Both the position numbers and the translations under genes were made by a program. Positions 21,342 to 33,583 of a stretch of 64,000 nt of DNA are shown piece by piece. This DNA is from Escherichia coli (GTDB lineage Bacteria; Pseudomonadota; Gammaproteobacteria; Enterobacterales; Enterobacteriaceae). The notes under the pieces were generated by a model, which saw nothing but the letters and a program-made list of their open reading frames with translations, made no database searches and was not told where the DNA came from. The number at the start of each line of letters is the position of its first letter. Position 1 is the stretch's first letter. The stretch lies in the NCBI RefSeq assembly GCF_041248615.1, contig NZ_CP158426.1; one strand, 5' to 3'.

Positions 21342-22533
21342 CTACCTGCTGCTGCCGCTGATCTACCTGCTGGTTAACGTCAAAATCGCCCAGCTTGGTG
21401 AAAGTTTCCCCATCACCATCGTCACTTTTTTACCTGTCTTGTTACTGCTGTTTTTAGAGCGCATCAGCGTTAAAAAATTAATGATTGCCCTGGGGATTGG
21501 CGCGGGACTCACGGCGTTTAACTACCTGTTTGGTCAGTCGTTGGATGCCAGTAAATACGTCACTTCAACCATGCTGTTTGTCTATATTGTGATCATTATT
21601 GGCATGGTGTGGAGTATTCGCTTTAAAACGATTTCGCCCCACAACCACCGCAAGATATTACGCTTTTTTTATCTGGTGGTCGGGTTGGTGGTGGCGCTGG
21701 CGGCGGTGGAGATGGCGCAAATTATCCTCACCGGCGGCAGCAGTATTATGGAATCGATTTCGAAATATCTGATTTACAGCAACAGCTATGTGCTGAATTT
21801 CATCAAATTCGGCGGCAAGCGCACGACAGCACTTTATTTCGAACCGGCATTTTTCGCTCTGGCATTAATCTCAATTTGGCTCAGCATCAAACAGTTTGGT
21901 ATCAAAACGCCTAAAACCGATGCTATGATTCTCGCAGGGATAATATTATCCGGATCGTTTTCAGGGGTTATGACCTTTATCCTGTTTTATTTGCTGGAGT
22001 GGGCATTTCAATATCTGAATAAAGAGGCGATTAAGAAAAAGTTACCGTTAGCATTGATTTCTCTGGCTGTATTCCTGGTTGGTGTGGTAATTGCATTTCC
22101 TTATATTTCCACCCGTCTGGGTGATTTAGGCACGGAAGGATCGTCATCGTATTATCGTATTGTCGGTCCGCTGGTGATGGTCGGTTATTCTTTGACCCAT
22201 ATTGACGGTGTAGTCAGATTTGGCTCACTTTATGAATATGTCGCATCATTCGGAATATTTAACGGTGCGGATGTCGGAAAAACCATAGACAATGGTTTGT
22301 ATCTGCTGATTATTTATTTTTCCTGGTTCGCAGTGTTTTTATCGCTGTGGTACATGGGGAAAGTGATAAAAATGATGATCAACGCTTTTGGTGATAACCG
22401 CAATTTTCGCGTGCAATTATATCTTTTTACTCCGGTATCGCTGTTTTTTACCGGTTCGATATTTAGCCCGGAATATGCATTTTTAATCGTCTGTCCGTTT
22501 ATTTTGCGAAAAGCGTTAAATATTACGAGGTAA
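21316..22533 (+). CDS. wcaD: colanic acid polymerase (Wzy-like)
   Basis: About 405 aa from the internal ATG ('[12 protein letters not shown]'). Polytopic membrane protein. Overlaps the 3' end of wcaC. Confidence 0.88.
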   Translation: MSTSIRICSYLLLPLIYLLVNVKIAQLGESFPITIVTFLPVLLLLFLERISVKKLMIALGIGAGLTAFNYLFGQSLDASKYVTSTMLFVYIVIIIGMVWSIRFKTISPHNHRKILRFFYLVVGLVVALAAVEMAQIILTGGSSIMESISKYLIYSNSYVLNFIKFGGKRTTALYFEPAFFALALISIWLSIKQFGIKTPKTDAMILAGIILSGSFSGVMTFILFYLLEWAFQYLNKEAIKKKLPLALISLAVFLVGVVIAFPYISTRLGDLGTEGSSSYYRIVGPLVMVGYSLTHIDGVVRFGSLYEYVASFGIFNGADVGKTIDNGLYLLIIYFSWFAVFLSLWYMGKVIKMMINAFGDNRNFRVQLYLFTPVSLFFTGSIFSPEYAFLIVCPFILRKALNITR

Positions 22534-22543
22534 GAATAAGAAC

Positions 22544-23290
22544 ATGTTGCTTAGCATAATCACTGTCGCGTTTCGTAACCTCGCAGGGATAGTCAAAACA
22601 CACGCCTCGCTGGCGCATCTGGCGCAGGCGGACGATATCAGCTTCGAATGGATTGTTGTCGATGGCGGTTCCAATGACGGCACCTGTGAGTACCTGGAAA
22701 ATCTCAAGGGTATCTATAACCTACGCTTTGTCAGCGAGCCAGATAACGGTATCTACGACGCCATGAACAAAGGCATTGCGATGGCACAAGGCAAGTTCGC
22801 GTTGTTTCTCAACTCAGGTGATATTTTTCATCAGGATGCCGCAAATTTTGTCCGTAAGTTAAAAGTACAAAAAGATAACGTGATGATCACTGGCGATGCG
22901 CTGCTGGATTTTGGCGACGGGCATAAAATTAAACGTAGCGCCAAACCGGGCTGGTATATTTATCACAGCCTGCCCGCCAGTCATCAGGCGATATTTTTCC
23001 CGGTATCCGGCTTGAAAAAATGGCGTTATGACCTGGAATATAAAGTTTCGTCCGACTACGCGCTGGCGGCCAAAATGTATAAAGCCGGTTATGCATTTAA
23101 AAAACTCAATGGTCTGGTGTCTGAATTTTCCATGGGTGGGGTATCTACCACCAATAATATGGAATTGTGTGCTGACGCCAAAAAAGTCCAACGGCAGATA
23201 TTGCACGTGCCTGGCTTCTGGGCTGAATTATCCTGGCATTTACGCCAACGTACTACCTCAAAGACGAAAGCCTTATATAACAAAAGCTGA
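22544..23290 (+). CDS. wcaE: colanic acid glycosyltransferase (GT2)
   Basis: 248 aa, GT2-like, position in the wca operon. Confidence 0.9.
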   Translation: MLLSIITVAFRNLAGIVKTHASLAHLAQADDISFEWIVVDGGSNDGTCEYLENLKGIYNLRFVSEPDNGIYDAMNKGIAMAQGKFALFLNSGDIFHQDAANFVRKLKVQKDNVMITGDALLDFGDGHKIKRSAKPGWYIYHSLPASHQAIFFPVSGLKKWRYDLEYKVSSDYALAAKMYKAGYAFKKLNGLVSEFSMGGVSTTNNMELCADAKKVQRQILHVPGFWAELSWHLRQRTTSKTKALYNKS

Positions 23291-23305
23291 ATATAAGGGA
23301 AAACG

Positions 23306-23854
23306 ATGCAAGATTTAAGCGGTTTCTCGGTACCGAAAGGGTTCCGGGGCAGCAATGCTATTAAAGTGCAATTGTGGTGGGCGGTACAGGCAACAATATT
23401 TTCCTGGTCGCCACAAGTATTGTATCGCTGGCGGGCTTTTTTATTACGTTTATTCGGCGCAAAAATAGGAAAAAACGTAGTTATTCGTCCGTCAGTAAAA
23501 ATTACCTATCCGTGGAAATTAACCTTAGGTGATTACGCGTGGGTCGGCGATGAGGTCAATTTATATACCCTCGGTGAAATAACCATTGGCGCACATTCGG
23601 TGATATCGCAAAAAAGTTATTTATGCACCGGGAGCCACGACCATGCAAGTCAACATTTCACCATTAACGCCACGCCTATTGTGATTGGCGATAAATGCTG
23701 GCTGGCAACCGATGTTTTTGTTGCCCCTGGCGTCACGATTGGCGACGGCACCGTCGTGGGTGCGCGAAGCAGTGTTTTTAAATCGCTTCCGGCAAATGTG
23801 GTTTGCCGGGGGAATCCCGCAGTGGTGATACGCGAACGCGTTGAAACTGAATAA
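23306..23854 (+). CDS. wcaF: colanic acid acetyltransferase (hexapeptide repeat)
   Basis: 182 aa, hexapeptide repeats. Confidence 0.9.
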   Translation: MQDLSGFSVPKGFRGSNAIKVQLWWAVQATIFSWSPQVLYRWRAFLLRLFGAKIGKNVVIRPSVKITYPWKLTLGDYAWVGDEVNLYTLGEITIGAHSVISQKSYLCTGSHDHASQHFTINATPIVIGDKCWLATDVFVAPGVTIGDGTVVGARSSVFKSLPANVVCRGNPAVVIRERVETE

Positions 23855-23880
23855 ATTCAAAAAATACAGAGGAATAAGGC

Positions 23881-25002
23881 ATGTCAAAAGTCGCTCTCAT
23901 CACCGGTGTAACCGGACAAGACGGTTCTTACCTGGCAGAGTTTCTGCTGGAAAAAGGTTACGAGGTGCATGGTATTAAGCGTCGTGCATCGTCATTCAAC
24001 ACCGAGCGCGTGGATCATATTTATCAGGATCCGCACACCTGCAACCCGAAATTCCATCTGCATTATGGCGACCTGAGTGATACCTCCAACCTGACGCGCA
24101 TTTTGCGTGAAGTACAGCCGGATGAAGTGTACAACCTGGGTGCAATGAGCCACGTTGCAGTTTCTTTTGAGTCACCGGAATATACCGCAGACGTCGATGC
24201 GATGGGTACGCTGCGCCTGCTGGAGGCGATCCGCTTCCTCGGTCTGGAAAAGAAAACCCGTTTTTATCAGGCTTCCACCTCTGAACTGTACGGTCTGGTG
24301 CAGGAAATTCCGCAGAAAGAGACCACGCCGTTCTATCCGCGATCTCCGTATGCGGTCGCCAAACTGTATGCCTACTGGATCACCGTTAACTACCGCGAAT
24401 CCTACGGCATGTACGCCTGTAACGGTATTCTCTTCAACCATGAATCCCCGCGCCGCGGCGAAACCTTCGTTACCCGCAAAATCACCCGCGCAATCGCCAA
24501 CATCGCCCAGGGGCTGGAGTCGTGCCTGTACCTCGGCAATATGGATTCCCTGCGTGACTGGGGCCATGCCAAAGACTACGTAAAAATGCAGTGGATGATG
24601 CTGCAACAGGAACAGCCGGAAGATTTCGTTATCGCTACCGGCGTTCAGTACTCCGTGCGTCAGTTCGTGGAAATGGCGGCAGCACAGCTGGGCATCAAAC
24701 TGCGCTTTGAAGGCACGGGCGTTGAAGAGAAGGGCATTGTGGTTTCCGTCACCGGGCATGACGCGCCGGGCGTTAAACCGGGCGATGTGATTATCGCCGT
24801 TGACCCGCGTTACTTCCGTCCGGCGGAAGTTGAAACGCTGCTCGGCGACCCGACCAAAGCGCACGAAAAACTGGGCTGGAAACCGGAAATCACCCTCAGA
24901 GAGATGGTGTCTGAAATGGTGGCTAATGACCTCGAAGCGGCGAAAAAACACTCTCTGCTGAAATCTCACGGCTACGACGTGGCGATCGCGCTGGAGTCAT
25001 AA
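23881..25002 (+). CDS. gmd: GDP-mannose 4,6-dehydratase
   Basis: 373 aa. '[14 protein letters not shown]' Rossmann motif, SDR family. Confidence 0.95.
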
Positions 25003-25004
25003 GC

Positions 25005-25970
25005 ATGAGTAAACAACGCATTTTTATCGCTGGCCATCGCGGAATGGTCGGTTCCGCCATCAGGCGACAGCTCGAACAGCGCGGTGATGTGGAGCTGGTA
25101 TTACGCACCCGCGATGAACTGAACCTGCTGGACAGCCGCGCGGTGCATGATTTCTTTGCCAGCGAAAGCATTGACCAGGTCTATCTGGCGGCGGCGAAAG
25201 TGGGCGGCATTGTTGCCAACAACACCTATCCGGCGGATTTCATCTATCAGAACATGATGATTGAGAGCAACATCATTCACGCCGCGCATCAGAACGACGT
25301 GAACAAACTGCTGTTTCTCGGATCGTCCTGTATCTACCCGAAACTGGCAAAACAGCCGATGGCAGAAAGCGAGTTATTGCAGGGTACGCTGGAGCCGACC
25401 AACGAGCCTTACGCCATTGCCAAAATCGCCGGGATCAAACTGTGCGAATCTTACAACCGCCAGTACGGACGCGATTACCGCTCGGTCATGCCGACCAACC
25501 TGTACGGGCCGCACGACAACTTCCATCCGAGTAACTCGCATGTGATCCCAGCATTGCTGCGTCGCTTCCACGAGGCGACGGCACAGAATGCGCCGGACGT
25601 GGTGGTGTGGGGCAGTGGTACACCGATGCGCGAATTTCTGCATGTCGATGATATGGCGGCGGCAAGCATTCATGTGATGGAGCTGGCGCACGAAGTCTGG
25701 CTGGAGAACACCCAGCCGATGCTGTCGCACATTAACGTCGGCACGGGCGTTGACTGCACTATCCGCGAGCTTGCGCAAACCATCGCCAAAGTGGTGGGTT
25801 ACAAAGGTCGGGTGGTTTTTGATGCCAGTAAACCGGATGGTACGCCGCGCAAACTGCTGGATGTGACGCGCCTGCATCAGCTTGGCTGGTATCACGAAAT
25901 CTCACTGGAAGCGGGGCTTGCCAGCACTTACCAGTGGTTCCTTGAGAATCAAGACCGCTTTCGGGGGTAA
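25005..25970 (+). CDS. fcl: GDP-L-fucose synthase
   Basis: 321 aa. '[14 protein letters not shown]' NADP-binding motif. Confidence 0.95.
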   Translation: MSKQRIFIAGHRGMVGSAIRRQLEQRGDVELVLRTRDELNLLDSRAVHDFFASESIDQVYLAAAKVGGIVANNTYPADFIYQNMMIESNIIHAAHQNDVNKLLFLGSSCIYPKLAKQPMAESELLQGTLEPTNEPYAIAKIAGIKLCESYNRQYGRDYRSVMPTNLYGPHDNFHPSNSHVIPALLRRFHEATAQNAPDVVVWGSGTPMREFLHVDDMAAASIHVMELAHEVWLENTQPMLSHINVGTGVDCTIRELAQTIAKVVGYKGRVVFDASKPDGTPRKLLDVTRLHQLGWYHEISLEAGLASTYQWFLENQDRFRG

Positions 25971-25972
25971 TG

Positions 25973-26452
25973 ATGTTTTTACGTCAGGAAGACTTTGCCA
26001 CGGTAGTGCGCTCCACACCGCTTGTCTCTCTCGACTTTATTGTCGAGAACAGTCGCGGCGAGTTTCTGCTTGGCAAAAGAACCAACCGCCCGGCGCAGGG
26101 TTACTGGTTTGTGCCGGGAGGGCGCGTGCAGAAAGACGAAACGCTGGAAGCCGCATTTGAGCGGCTGACGATGGCGGAACTGGGGCTGCGTCTGCCAATA
26201 ACAGCAGGCCAGTTTTACGGTGTCTGGCAGCACTTTTATGACGATAACTTCTCCGGCACGGATTTCACCACTCACTATGTGGTGCTCGGTTTTCGCTTCA
26301 GAGTAGTGGAAGAAGAGCTGTTACTGCCGGATGAGCAGCATGACGATTACCGCTGGCTGACGCCGTACGCACTGCTCGCCAGTAACGATGTTCACGCTAA
26401 CAGCCGCGCCTATTTTCTCGCTGAGAAGCGTGCCGGAGTACCCGGATTATGA
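25973..26452 (+). CDS. gmm: GDP-mannose mannosyl hydrolase (Nudix)
   Basis: About 159 aa. Nudix box '[23 protein letters not shown]'. Confidence 0.9.
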   Translation: MFLRQEDFATVVRSTPLVSLDFIVENSRGEFLLGKRTNRPAQGYWFVPGGRVQKDETLEAAFERLTMAELGLRLPITAGQFYGVWQHFYDDNFSGTDFTTHYVVLGFRFRVVEEELLLPDEQHDDYRWLTPYALLASNDVHANSRAYFLAEKRAGVPGL

Positions 26453-27672
26453 AAATACTGGTCTACGGCATTAACTACTCGCCGGAGTTAACCGGCATCG
26501 GCAAATACACCGGCGAGATGGTGGAATGGCTGGCGGCACAAGGTTATGAGGTGCGGGTCATTACCGCACCGCCTTACTACCCGCAATGGCAGGTGGGCGA
26601 GAACTATTCCGCCTGGCGGTACAAACGAGAAGAGGGGGCCGCTACGGTGTGGCGCTGCCCGCTGTACGTGCCAAAACAGCCGAGCACCCTGAAACGCCTG
26701 TTGCATCTCGGCAGTTTTGCCGTCAGCAGTTTTTTCCCGTTGATGGCGCAACGTCGCTGGAAGCCGGATCGCATTATCGGCGTAGTGCCAACGCTGTTTT
26801 GCACGCCGGGAATGCGCCTGCTGGCGAAATTCTCTGGCGCGCGTACCGTGCTGCATATTCAGGATTACGAAGTGGACGCCATGCTGGGGCTGGGCTTTGC
26901 CGGAAAAGGCAAAGGCGGCAAAGTGGCACAGCTGGCAACGGCGTTCGAACGTAGCGGACTGCATAACGTCGATAACGTCTCCACGATTTCGCGTTCGATG
27001 ATGAATAAAGCCATCGAAAAAGGCGTGGCGGCAGAAAACGTCATTTTCTTCCCCAACTGGTCAGAAATTGCCCGTTTTCAGCATGTCGCAGACGCCGATG
27101 TTGATGACCTTCGTAACCAGCTTGGCCTGCCGGATAACAAAAAAATCATTCTTTACTCCGGCAATATTGGTGAAAAGCAGGGGCTGGAAAACGTTATTGA
27201 AGCTGCCGAACGTCTGCGCGATGAACCGCTGATTTTTGCCATTGTTGGGCAGGGCGGCGGCAAAGCGCGGCTGGAAAAAATGGCGCAGCAGCGTGGACTG
27301 CGCAACATGCAATTTTTCCCGCTGCAATCGTATAACGCTTTACCCGCACTGCTGAAGATGGGCGATTGCCATCTGGTGGTGCAAAAACGCGGCGCGGCAG
27401 ATGCCGTATTGCCGTCGAAACTGACCAATATTCTGGCGGTAGGCGGTAACGCGGTGATTACCGCAGAAGCCCACACCGAACTGGGGCAGCTTTGCGAAAC
27501 CTTTCCGGGCATTGCGGTTTGCGTAGAACCGGAATCGGTCGAGGCGCTGGTGGCGGGGATCCGTCAGGCGCTCCTGCTGCCCAAACACAACACGGTGGCA
27601 CGTGAATATGCCGAACGCACGCTCGATAAAGAGAACGTGTTACGTCAATTTATAAATGATATTCGGGGATAA
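26449..27672 (+). CDS. wcaI: colanic acid glycosyltransferase (GT1)
   Basis: 407 aa, GT-B family. Confidence 0.9.
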   Translation: MKILVYGINYSPELTGIGKYTGEMVEWLAAQGYEVRVITAPPYYPQWQVGENYSAWRYKREEGAATVWRCPLYVPKQPSTLKRLLHLGSFAVSSFFPLMAQRRWKPDRIIGVVPTLFCTPGMRLLAKFSGARTVLHIQDYEVDAMLGLGFAGKGKGGKVAQLATAFERSGLHNVDNVSTISRSMMNKAIEKGVAAENVIFFPNWSEIARFQHVADADVDDLRNQLGLPDNKKIILYSGNIGEKQGLENVIEAAERLRDEPLIFAIVGQGGGKARLEKMAQQRGLRNMQFFPLQSYNALPALLKMGDCHLVVQKRGAADAVLPSKLTNILAVGGNAVITAEAHTELGQLCETFPGIAVCVEPESVEALVAGIRQALLLPKHNTVAREYAERTLDKENVLRQFINDIRG

Positions 27673-27674
27673 TT

Positions 27675-29111
27675 ATGGCGCAGTCGAAACTCTATCCAGT
27701 TGTGATGGCAGGTGGCTCCGGTAGCCGCTTATGGCCGCTTTCCCGCGTACTTTACCCCAAGCAGTTTTTATGCCTGAAAGGCGATCTCACCATGCTGCAA
27801 ACCACCATCTGCCGCCTGAACGGCGTGGAGTGCGAAAGCCCGGTGGTGATTTGCAATGAGCAGCACCGCTTTATTGTCGCGGAACAGCTGCGTCAACTGA
27901 ACAAACTCACCGAGAATATTATTCTCGAACCGGCAGGGCGTAACACTGCACCTGCCATTGCACTGGCGGCGCTGGCGGCAAAACGTCATAGCCCGGAGAG
28001 CGACCCATTAATGCTGGTGCTGGCGGCGGATCATGTGATTGCCGATGAAGACGCTTTTCGCACCGCCGTGCGTAATGCTATGCCATATGCCGAAGCGGGC
28101 AAGCTGGTGACCTTCGGCATTGTGCCGGATCTACCAGAAACCGGTTATGGCTATATTCGTCGCGGTGAAGTGTCTGCGGGTGAGCAGGATACGGTGGCCT
28201 TTGAAGTGGCGCAGTTTGTCGAAAAACCAAATCTGGAAACCGCTCAGGCCTATGTGGCAAGCGGCGAATATTACTGGAACAGCGGTATGTTCCTGTTCCG
28301 CGCCGGACGCTATCTCGAAGAACTGAAAAAATATCGCCCGGATATTCTCGACGCCTGTGAAAAAGCGATGAGCGCCGTCGATCCGGATCTCGATTTTATT
28401 CGCGTGGATGAAGAAGCGTTTCTGGCCTGCCCGGAAGAGTCGGTGGATTACGCGGTCATGGAACGTACGGCAGATGCCGTTGTGGTGCCGATGGATGCGG
28501 GCTGGAGCGATGTCGGTTCCTGGTCTTCATTATGGGAGATCAGCGCCCACACCGCCGAGGGCAACGTTTGCCACGGCGATGTGATTAATCACAAAACTGA
28601 AAACAGCTATGTGTATGCCGAATCTGGCCTGGTCACCACCGTCGGGGTGAAAGATTTGGTGGTAGTGCAGACCAAAGATGCGGTGCTGATTGCCGACCGT
28701 AACGCGGTGCAGGATGTGAAAAAAGTGGTCGAGCAGATCAAAGCCGATGGTCGCCATGAGCATCGGGTGCATCGCGAAGTGTATCGCCCGTGGGGCAAAT
28801 ATGACTCTATCGACGCGGGCGACCGCTACCAGGTGAAACGCATCACCGTGAAACCGGGCGAAGGTTTGTCGGTACAGATGCATCATCACCGCGCGGAACA
28901 CTGGGTGGTTGTCGCGGGAACGGCAAAAGTCACTATCGACGGTGATATCAAACTGCTTGGTGAAAACGAGTCCATTTATATTCCGCTGGGGGCGACGCAT
29001 TGCCTGGAAAACCCGGGGAAAATTCCGCTCGATTTAATTGAAGTGCGCTCCGGCTCTTATCTCGAAGAGGATGATGTGGTGCGCTTCGCGGATCGCTACG
29101 GACGGGTGTAG
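27675..29111 (+). CDS. cpsB: mannose-1-phosphate guanylyltransferase (colanic acid copy)
   Basis: 478 aa. '[13 protein letters not shown]' nucleotidyltransferase motif and C-terminal cupin '[10 protein letters not shown]'. Confidence 0.95.
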   Translation: MAQSKLYPVVMAGGSGSRLWPLSRVLYPKQFLCLKGDLTMLQTTICRLNGVECESPVVICNEQHRFIVAEQLRQLNKLTENIILEPAGRNTAPAIALAALAAKRHSPESDPLMLVLAADHVIADEDAFRTAVRNAMPYAEAGKLVTFGIVPDLPETGYGYIRRGEVSAGEQDTVAFEVAQFVEKPNLETAQAYVASGEYYWNSGMFLFRAGRYLEELKKYRPDILDACEKAMSAVDPDLDFIRVDEEAFLACPEESVDYAVMERTADAVVVPMDAGWSDVGSWSSLWEISAHTAEGNVCHGDVINHKTENSYVYAESGLVTTVGVKDLVVVQTKDAVLIADRNAVQDVKKVVEQIKADGRHEHRVHREVYRPWGKYDSIDAGDRYQVKRITVKPGEGLSVQMHHHRAEHWVVVAGTAKVTIDGDIKLLGENESIYIPLGATHCLENPGKIPLDLIEVRSGSYLEEDDVVRFADRYGRV

Positions 29112-29212
29112 CAGTTGAATAATCAACCGGATTAATTCTCCGGTAAATAACGACAAAAACAAAATTGGCCGTTTCGGTCAGGGCCAACTATTGCCTGAAA
29201 AAGGGTAACGAT

Positions 29213-30583
29213 ATGAAAAAATTAACCTGCTTTAAAGCCTATGATATTCGCGGGAAATTAGGCGAAGAACTGAATGAAGATATCGCCTGGCGCATTGGTC
29301 GCGCCTATGGCGAATTTCTCAAACCGAAAACCATTGTGTTAGGTGGTGATGCCCGCCTCACCAGCGAAACCTTAAAACTGGCGCTGGCGAAAGGTTTACA
29401 GGATGCGGGCGTCGATGTGCTGGATATCGGCATGTCCGGCACCGAAGAGATCTATTTCGCCACGTTCCATCTCGGCGTGGATGGCGGCATCGAAGTTACC
29501 GCCAGCCATAACCCGATGGATTACAACGGCATGAAACTGGTGCGCGAAGGGGCTCACCCGATCAGCGGTGATACCGGACTGCGCGATGTCCAGCGTCTGG
29601 CAGAAGCCAACGACTTCCCTCCCGTTGATGAAACCAAACGCGGTCGCTATCAGCAAATCAATCTGCGTGACGCTTACGTTGATCACCTGTTCGGTTATAT
29701 CAACGTCAAAAACCTCACGTCGCTCAAGCTGGTGATCAACTCCGGGAACGGCGCGGCGGGTCCGGTGGTGGACGCCATTGAAGCCCGCTTTAAAGCCCTC
29801 GGCGCACCGGTGGAATTAATCAAAGTACACAACACGCCGGACGGCAATTTCCCCAACGGTATTCCTAACCCGCTACTGCCGGAATGCCGCGACGACACCC
29901 GCAATGCGGTCATCAAACACGGCGCGGATATGGGCATTGCCTTTGATGGCGATTTTGACCGCTGTTTCCTGTTTGACGAAAAAGGGCAGTTTATCGAGGG
30001 CTACTACATTGTCGGCCTGCTGGCAGAAGCGTTCCTCGAAAAAAATCCCGGCGCGAAGATCATCCACGATCCACGTCTCTCCTGGAACACCGTTGATGTG
30101 GTGACTGCCGCAGGCGGCACCCCGGTAATGTCGAAAACCGGACACGCCTTTATTAAAGAACGGATGCGCAAGGAAGACGCCATCTACGGTGGCGAAATGA
30201 GCGCCCACCATTACTTCCGTGATTTTGCCTACTGCGACAGCGGCATGATCCCGTGGCTGCTGGTCGCCGAACTGGTGTGCCTGAAAGGGAAAACGCTGGG
30301 CGAACTGGTGCGCGACCGGATGGCAGCGTTTCCGGCAAGCGGTGAGATCAACAGCAAACTGGCGCAACCCGTTGAGGCAATTAATCGCGTCGAACAGCAT
30401 TTTAGCCGTGAGGCGCTGGCGGTGGATCGCACCGATGGCATCAGTATGACCTTTGCCGACTGGCGCTTTAACCTGCGCTCCTCCAACACCGAACCGGTGG
30501 TGCGGTTGAATGTGGAATCACGCGGTGATGTGCCGCTGATGGAAGCGCGAACGCGAACTCTGCTGACGTTGCTGAACGAGTAA
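29213..30583 (+). CDS. cpsG: phosphomannomutase (colanic acid copy)
   Basis: 456 aa from the ATG at 29213. 'TASHNP' phosphoserine loop. Confidence 0.95.
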   Translation: MKKLTCFKAYDIRGKLGEELNEDIAWRIGRAYGEFLKPKTIVLGGDARLTSETLKLALAKGLQDAGVDVLDIGMSGTEEIYFATFHLGVDGGIEVTASHNPMDYNGMKLVREGAHPISGDTGLRDVQRLAEANDFPPVDETKRGRYQQINLRDAYVDHLFGYINVKNLTSLKLVINSGNGAAGPVVDAIEARFKALGAPVELIKVHNTPDGNFPNGIPNPLLPECRDDTRNAVIKHGADMGIAFDGDFDRCFLFDEKGQFIEGYYIVGLLAEAFLEKNPGAKIIHDPRLSWNTVDVVTAAGGTPVMSKTGHAFIKERMRKEDAIYGGEMSAHHYFRDFAYCDSGMIPWLLVAELVCLKGKTLGELVRDRMAAFPASGEINSKLAQPVEAINRVEQHFSREALAVDRTDGISMTFADWRFNLRSSNTEPVVRLNVESRGDVPLMEARTRTLLTLLNE

Positions 30584-30637
30584 TGTCGGATCTTCCCTTA
30601 CCCCATTGCGGGTAAGGGGCTAATAACAGGAACAACG

Positions 30638-32032
30638 ATGACAAATCTAAAAAAGCGCGAGCGAGCGAAAACCAATGCATCGTTAATCTCTATGGTGCAA
30701 CGCTTTTCAGATATCACCATCATGTTTGCCGGACTATGGCTGGTTTGCGAAGTCAGCGGACTGTCATTCCTCTACATGCACCTGTTGGTGGCGCTGATTA
30801 CGCTGGTGGTGTTCCAGATGCTGGGCGGCATCACCGATTTTTATCGCTCATGGCGCGGTGTTCGGGCAGCGACAGAATTTGCCCTGTTGCTACAAAACTG
30901 GACGTTAAGCGTGATTTTCAGCGCCGGACTGGTGGCGTTTAACAATGATTTCGACACGCAACTGAAAATCTGGCTGGCGTGGTATGGGCTGACCAGCATC
31001 GGACTGGTGGTTTGCCGTTCATGTATTCGCATTGGGGCGGGCTGGCTGCGTAATCATGGCTATAACAAGCGCATGGTCGCGGTGGCGGGGGATTTAGCCG
31101 CCGGACAAATGCTGATGGAGAGCTTCCGTAATCAGCCGTGGTTAGGGTTTGAAGTGGTGGGCGTTTACCACGACCCGAAACCGGGTGGCGTTTCTAACGA
31201 CTGGGCGGGCAATCTGCAACAGCTGGTCGAGGATGCGAAAGCGGGCAAGATTCATAACGTCTATATCGCGATGCAAATGTGCGACGGCGCGCGAGTGAAA
31301 AAACTGGTCCATCAATTGGCGGACACCACCTGTTCGGTGCTGCTGATCCCCGATGTCTTTACCTTCAACATTCTCCATTCCCGTATCGAAGAGATGAACG
31401 GCGTACCGGTGGTGCCGCTTTACGATACGCCGCTTTCCGGGGTTAACCGCCTGATAAAACGTGCGGAAGACATTGTGCTGGCGACGCTTATCCTGCTGCT
31501 GATCTCCCCGGTGCTGTGCTGTATTGCGCTGGCGGTAAAACTCAGTTCACCAGGACCGGTTATTTTCCGCCAGACTCGCTACGGCATGGATGGCAAGCCG
31601 ATCAAAGTGTGGAAGTTCCGTTCGATGAAAGTGATGGAGAACGACAAAGTGGTAACTCAGGCGACGCAGAACGATCCGCGCGTCACCAAAGTGGGGAACT
31701 TTCTGCGCCGCACCTCGCTGGATGAATTGCCGCAGTTTATCAATGTGCTGACCGGGGGGATGTCGATTGTCGGTCCACGTCCACACGCGGTGGCGCATAA
31801 CGAACAGTATCGCCAGCTCATTGAAGGCTACATGCTGCGCCATAAGGTGAAACCGGGCATTACCGGCTGGGCGCAGATTAATGGCTGGCGTGGCGAAACC
31901 GACACGCTGGAGAAAATGGAAAAACGCGTCGAGTTCGACCTTGAGTACATCCGCGAATGGAGCGTCTGGTTCGATATCAAAATCGTTTTCCTGACGGTGT
32001 TCAAAGGTTTCGTTAACAAAGCGGCATATTGA
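30638..32032 (+). CDS. wcaJ: undecaprenyl-phosphate glucose phosphotransferase (initiating transferase)
   Basis: 464 aa. Polytopic N-terminus and C-terminal bacterial sugar-transferase domain ('RPGITGWAQING'). Confidence 0.93.
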   Translation: MTNLKKRERAKTNASLISMVQRFSDITIMFAGLWLVCEVSGLSFLYMHLLVALITLVVFQMLGGITDFYRSWRGVRAATEFALLLQNWTLSVIFSAGLVAFNNDFDTQLKIWLAWYGLTSIGLVVCRSCIRIGAGWLRNHGYNKRMVAVAGDLAAGQMLMESFRNQPWLGFEVVGVYHDPKPGGVSNDWAGNLQQLVEDAKAGKIHNVYIAMQMCDGARVKKLVHQLADTTCSVLLIPDVFTFNILHSRIEEMNGVPVVPLYDTPLSGVNRLIKRAEDIVLATLILLLISPVLCCIALAVKLSSPGPVIFRQTRYGMDGKPIKVWKFRSMKVMENDKVVTQATQNDPRVTKVGNFLRRTSLDELPQFINVLTGGMSIVGPRPHAVAHNEQYRQLIEGYMLRHKVKPGITGWAQINGWRGETDTLEKMEKRVEFDLEYIREWSVWFDIKIVFLTVFKGFVNKAAY

Positions 32033-32033
32033 T

Positions 32034-33512
32034 ATGAGCTTACGTGAAAAAACCATCAGCGGCGCGAAGTGGTCGGCGATTGCCACGGTGATTATCATCG
32101 GCCTCGGGCTGGTGCAGATGACCGTGCTGGCGCGGATTATCGACAACCACCAGTTCGGTTTGCTTACCGTGTCGCTGGTGATTATCGCGCTGGCAGATAC
32201 GCTTTCTGACTTCGGTATCGCTAACTCGATTATTCAGCGAAAAGAAATCAGTCACCTTGAACTCACCACGTTGTACTGGCTGAACGTTGGGCTGGGGATC
32301 GTGGTGTGCGTGGCGGTGTTTTTGTTGAGTGATCTCATCGGCGACGTGCTGAATAACCCGGACCTGGCACCGTTGATTAAAACATTGTCGCTGGCGTTTG
32401 TGGTGATCCCCCACGGGCAACAGTTCCGCGCGTTGATGCAAAAAGAGCTGGAGTTCAACAAAATTGGCATGATCGAAACCAGCGCGGTGCTGGCGGGCTT
32501 CACTTTTACAGTGGTTAGTGCCCATTTCTGGCCGCTGGCGATGACCGCGATCCTCGGTTATCTGGTCAATAGTGCGGTGAGAACGCTGCTGTTTGGCTAC
32601 TTTGGCCGCAAAATTTATCGCCCCGGTCTGCATTTCTCGCTGGCGTCAGTGGCACCGAACTTACGTTTTGGTGCCTGGCTGACGGCGGACAGCATCATCA
32701 ACTATCTCAACACCAACCTTTCAACGCTGGTGCTGGCGCGTATTCTCGGCGCGGGCGTGGCAGGGGGATACAACCTGGCGTACAACGTGGCCGTTGTGCC
32801 GCCGATGAAGCTGAACCCAATCATCACCCGCGTGTTGTTTCCGGCATTTGCCAAAATTCAGGACGACACCGAAAAGCTGCGCGTTAACTTCTACAAGCTG
32901 CTGTCGGTGGTGGGGATTATCAACTTTCCGGCGCTGCTCGGGCTGATGGTGGTGTCGAATAATTTTGTACCGCTGGTCTTTGGTGAGAAGTGGAACAGCA
33001 TTATTCCGGTGCTGCAATTGCTGTGTATTGTGGGTCTGCTGCGTTCGGTAGGTAACCCGATTGGTTCGCTGCTGATGGCGAAAGCGCGGGTCGATATCAG
33101 CTTTAAATTCAACGTATTCAAAACCTTTCTGTTTATTCCGGCGATTGTTATTGGTGGGCAGATGGCGGGCGCAATCGGCGTCACGCTTGGCTTCCTGCTG
33201 GTGCAGATTATCAACACCATTCTGAGCTATTTCGTGATGATTAAACCGGTGCTCGGTTCCAGTTATCGCCAGTACATCCTGAGTTTATGGCTGCCGTTTT
33301 ATCTCTCGCTGCCGACGCTGGTGGTCAGTTATGCGCTGGGCATTGTGCTGAAAGGGCAACTGGCGCTGGGGATGCTGCTGGCGGTGCAAATAGCCGCGGG
33401 CGTGCTGGCGTTTGTGGTGATGATTGTGCTGTCGCGCCATCCGCTGGTGGTGGAAGTGAAGCGTCAGTTTTGTCGCAGCGAAAAAATGAAAATGCTTTTA
33501 CGGGCGGGGTGA
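32034..33512 (+). CDS. wzxC: colanic acid repeat-unit flippase (MOP/Wzx family)
   Basis: 492 aa, polytopic membrane protein. Confidence 0.9.
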   Translation: MSLREKTISGAKWSAIATVIIIGLGLVQMTVLARIIDNHQFGLLTVSLVIIALADTLSDFGIANSIIQRKEISHLELTTLYWLNVGLGIVVCVAVFLLSDLIGDVLNNPDLAPLIKTLSLAFVVIPHGQQFRALMQKELEFNKIGMIETSAVLAGFTFTVVSAHFWPLAMTAILGYLVNSAVRTLLFGYFGRKIYRPGLHFSLASVAPNLRFGAWLTADSIINYLNTNLSTLVLARILGAGVAGGYNLAYNVAVVPPMKLNPIITRVLFPAFAKIQDDTEKLRVNFYKLLSVVGIINFPALLGLMVVSNNFVPLVFGEKWNSIIPVLQLLCIVGLLRSVGNPIGSLLMAKARVDISFKFNVFKTFLFIPAIVIGGQMAGAIGVTLGFLLVQIINTILSYFVMIKPVLGSSYRQYILSLWLPFYLSLPTLVVSYALGIVLKGQLALGMLLAVQIAAGVLAFVVMIVLSRHPLVVEVKRQFCRSEKMKMLLRAG

Positions 33513-33548
33513 GTTGTTGTTTTAGTCACTGGCAATAAAAACAACAAC
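33513..33548 (+). other. perfect 11-bp stem-loop in the wzxC-wcaK intergenic region (no T-tract)
   Basis: 'gttgttgtttt' (33513-33523) pairs with 'aaaacaacaac' (33538-33548) across a 14-nt loop, immediately after the wzxC stop. Confidence 0.5.
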
Positions 33549-33583
33549 ATAACCTCACCTGGCATCAAATTTATGAGGAAAAA

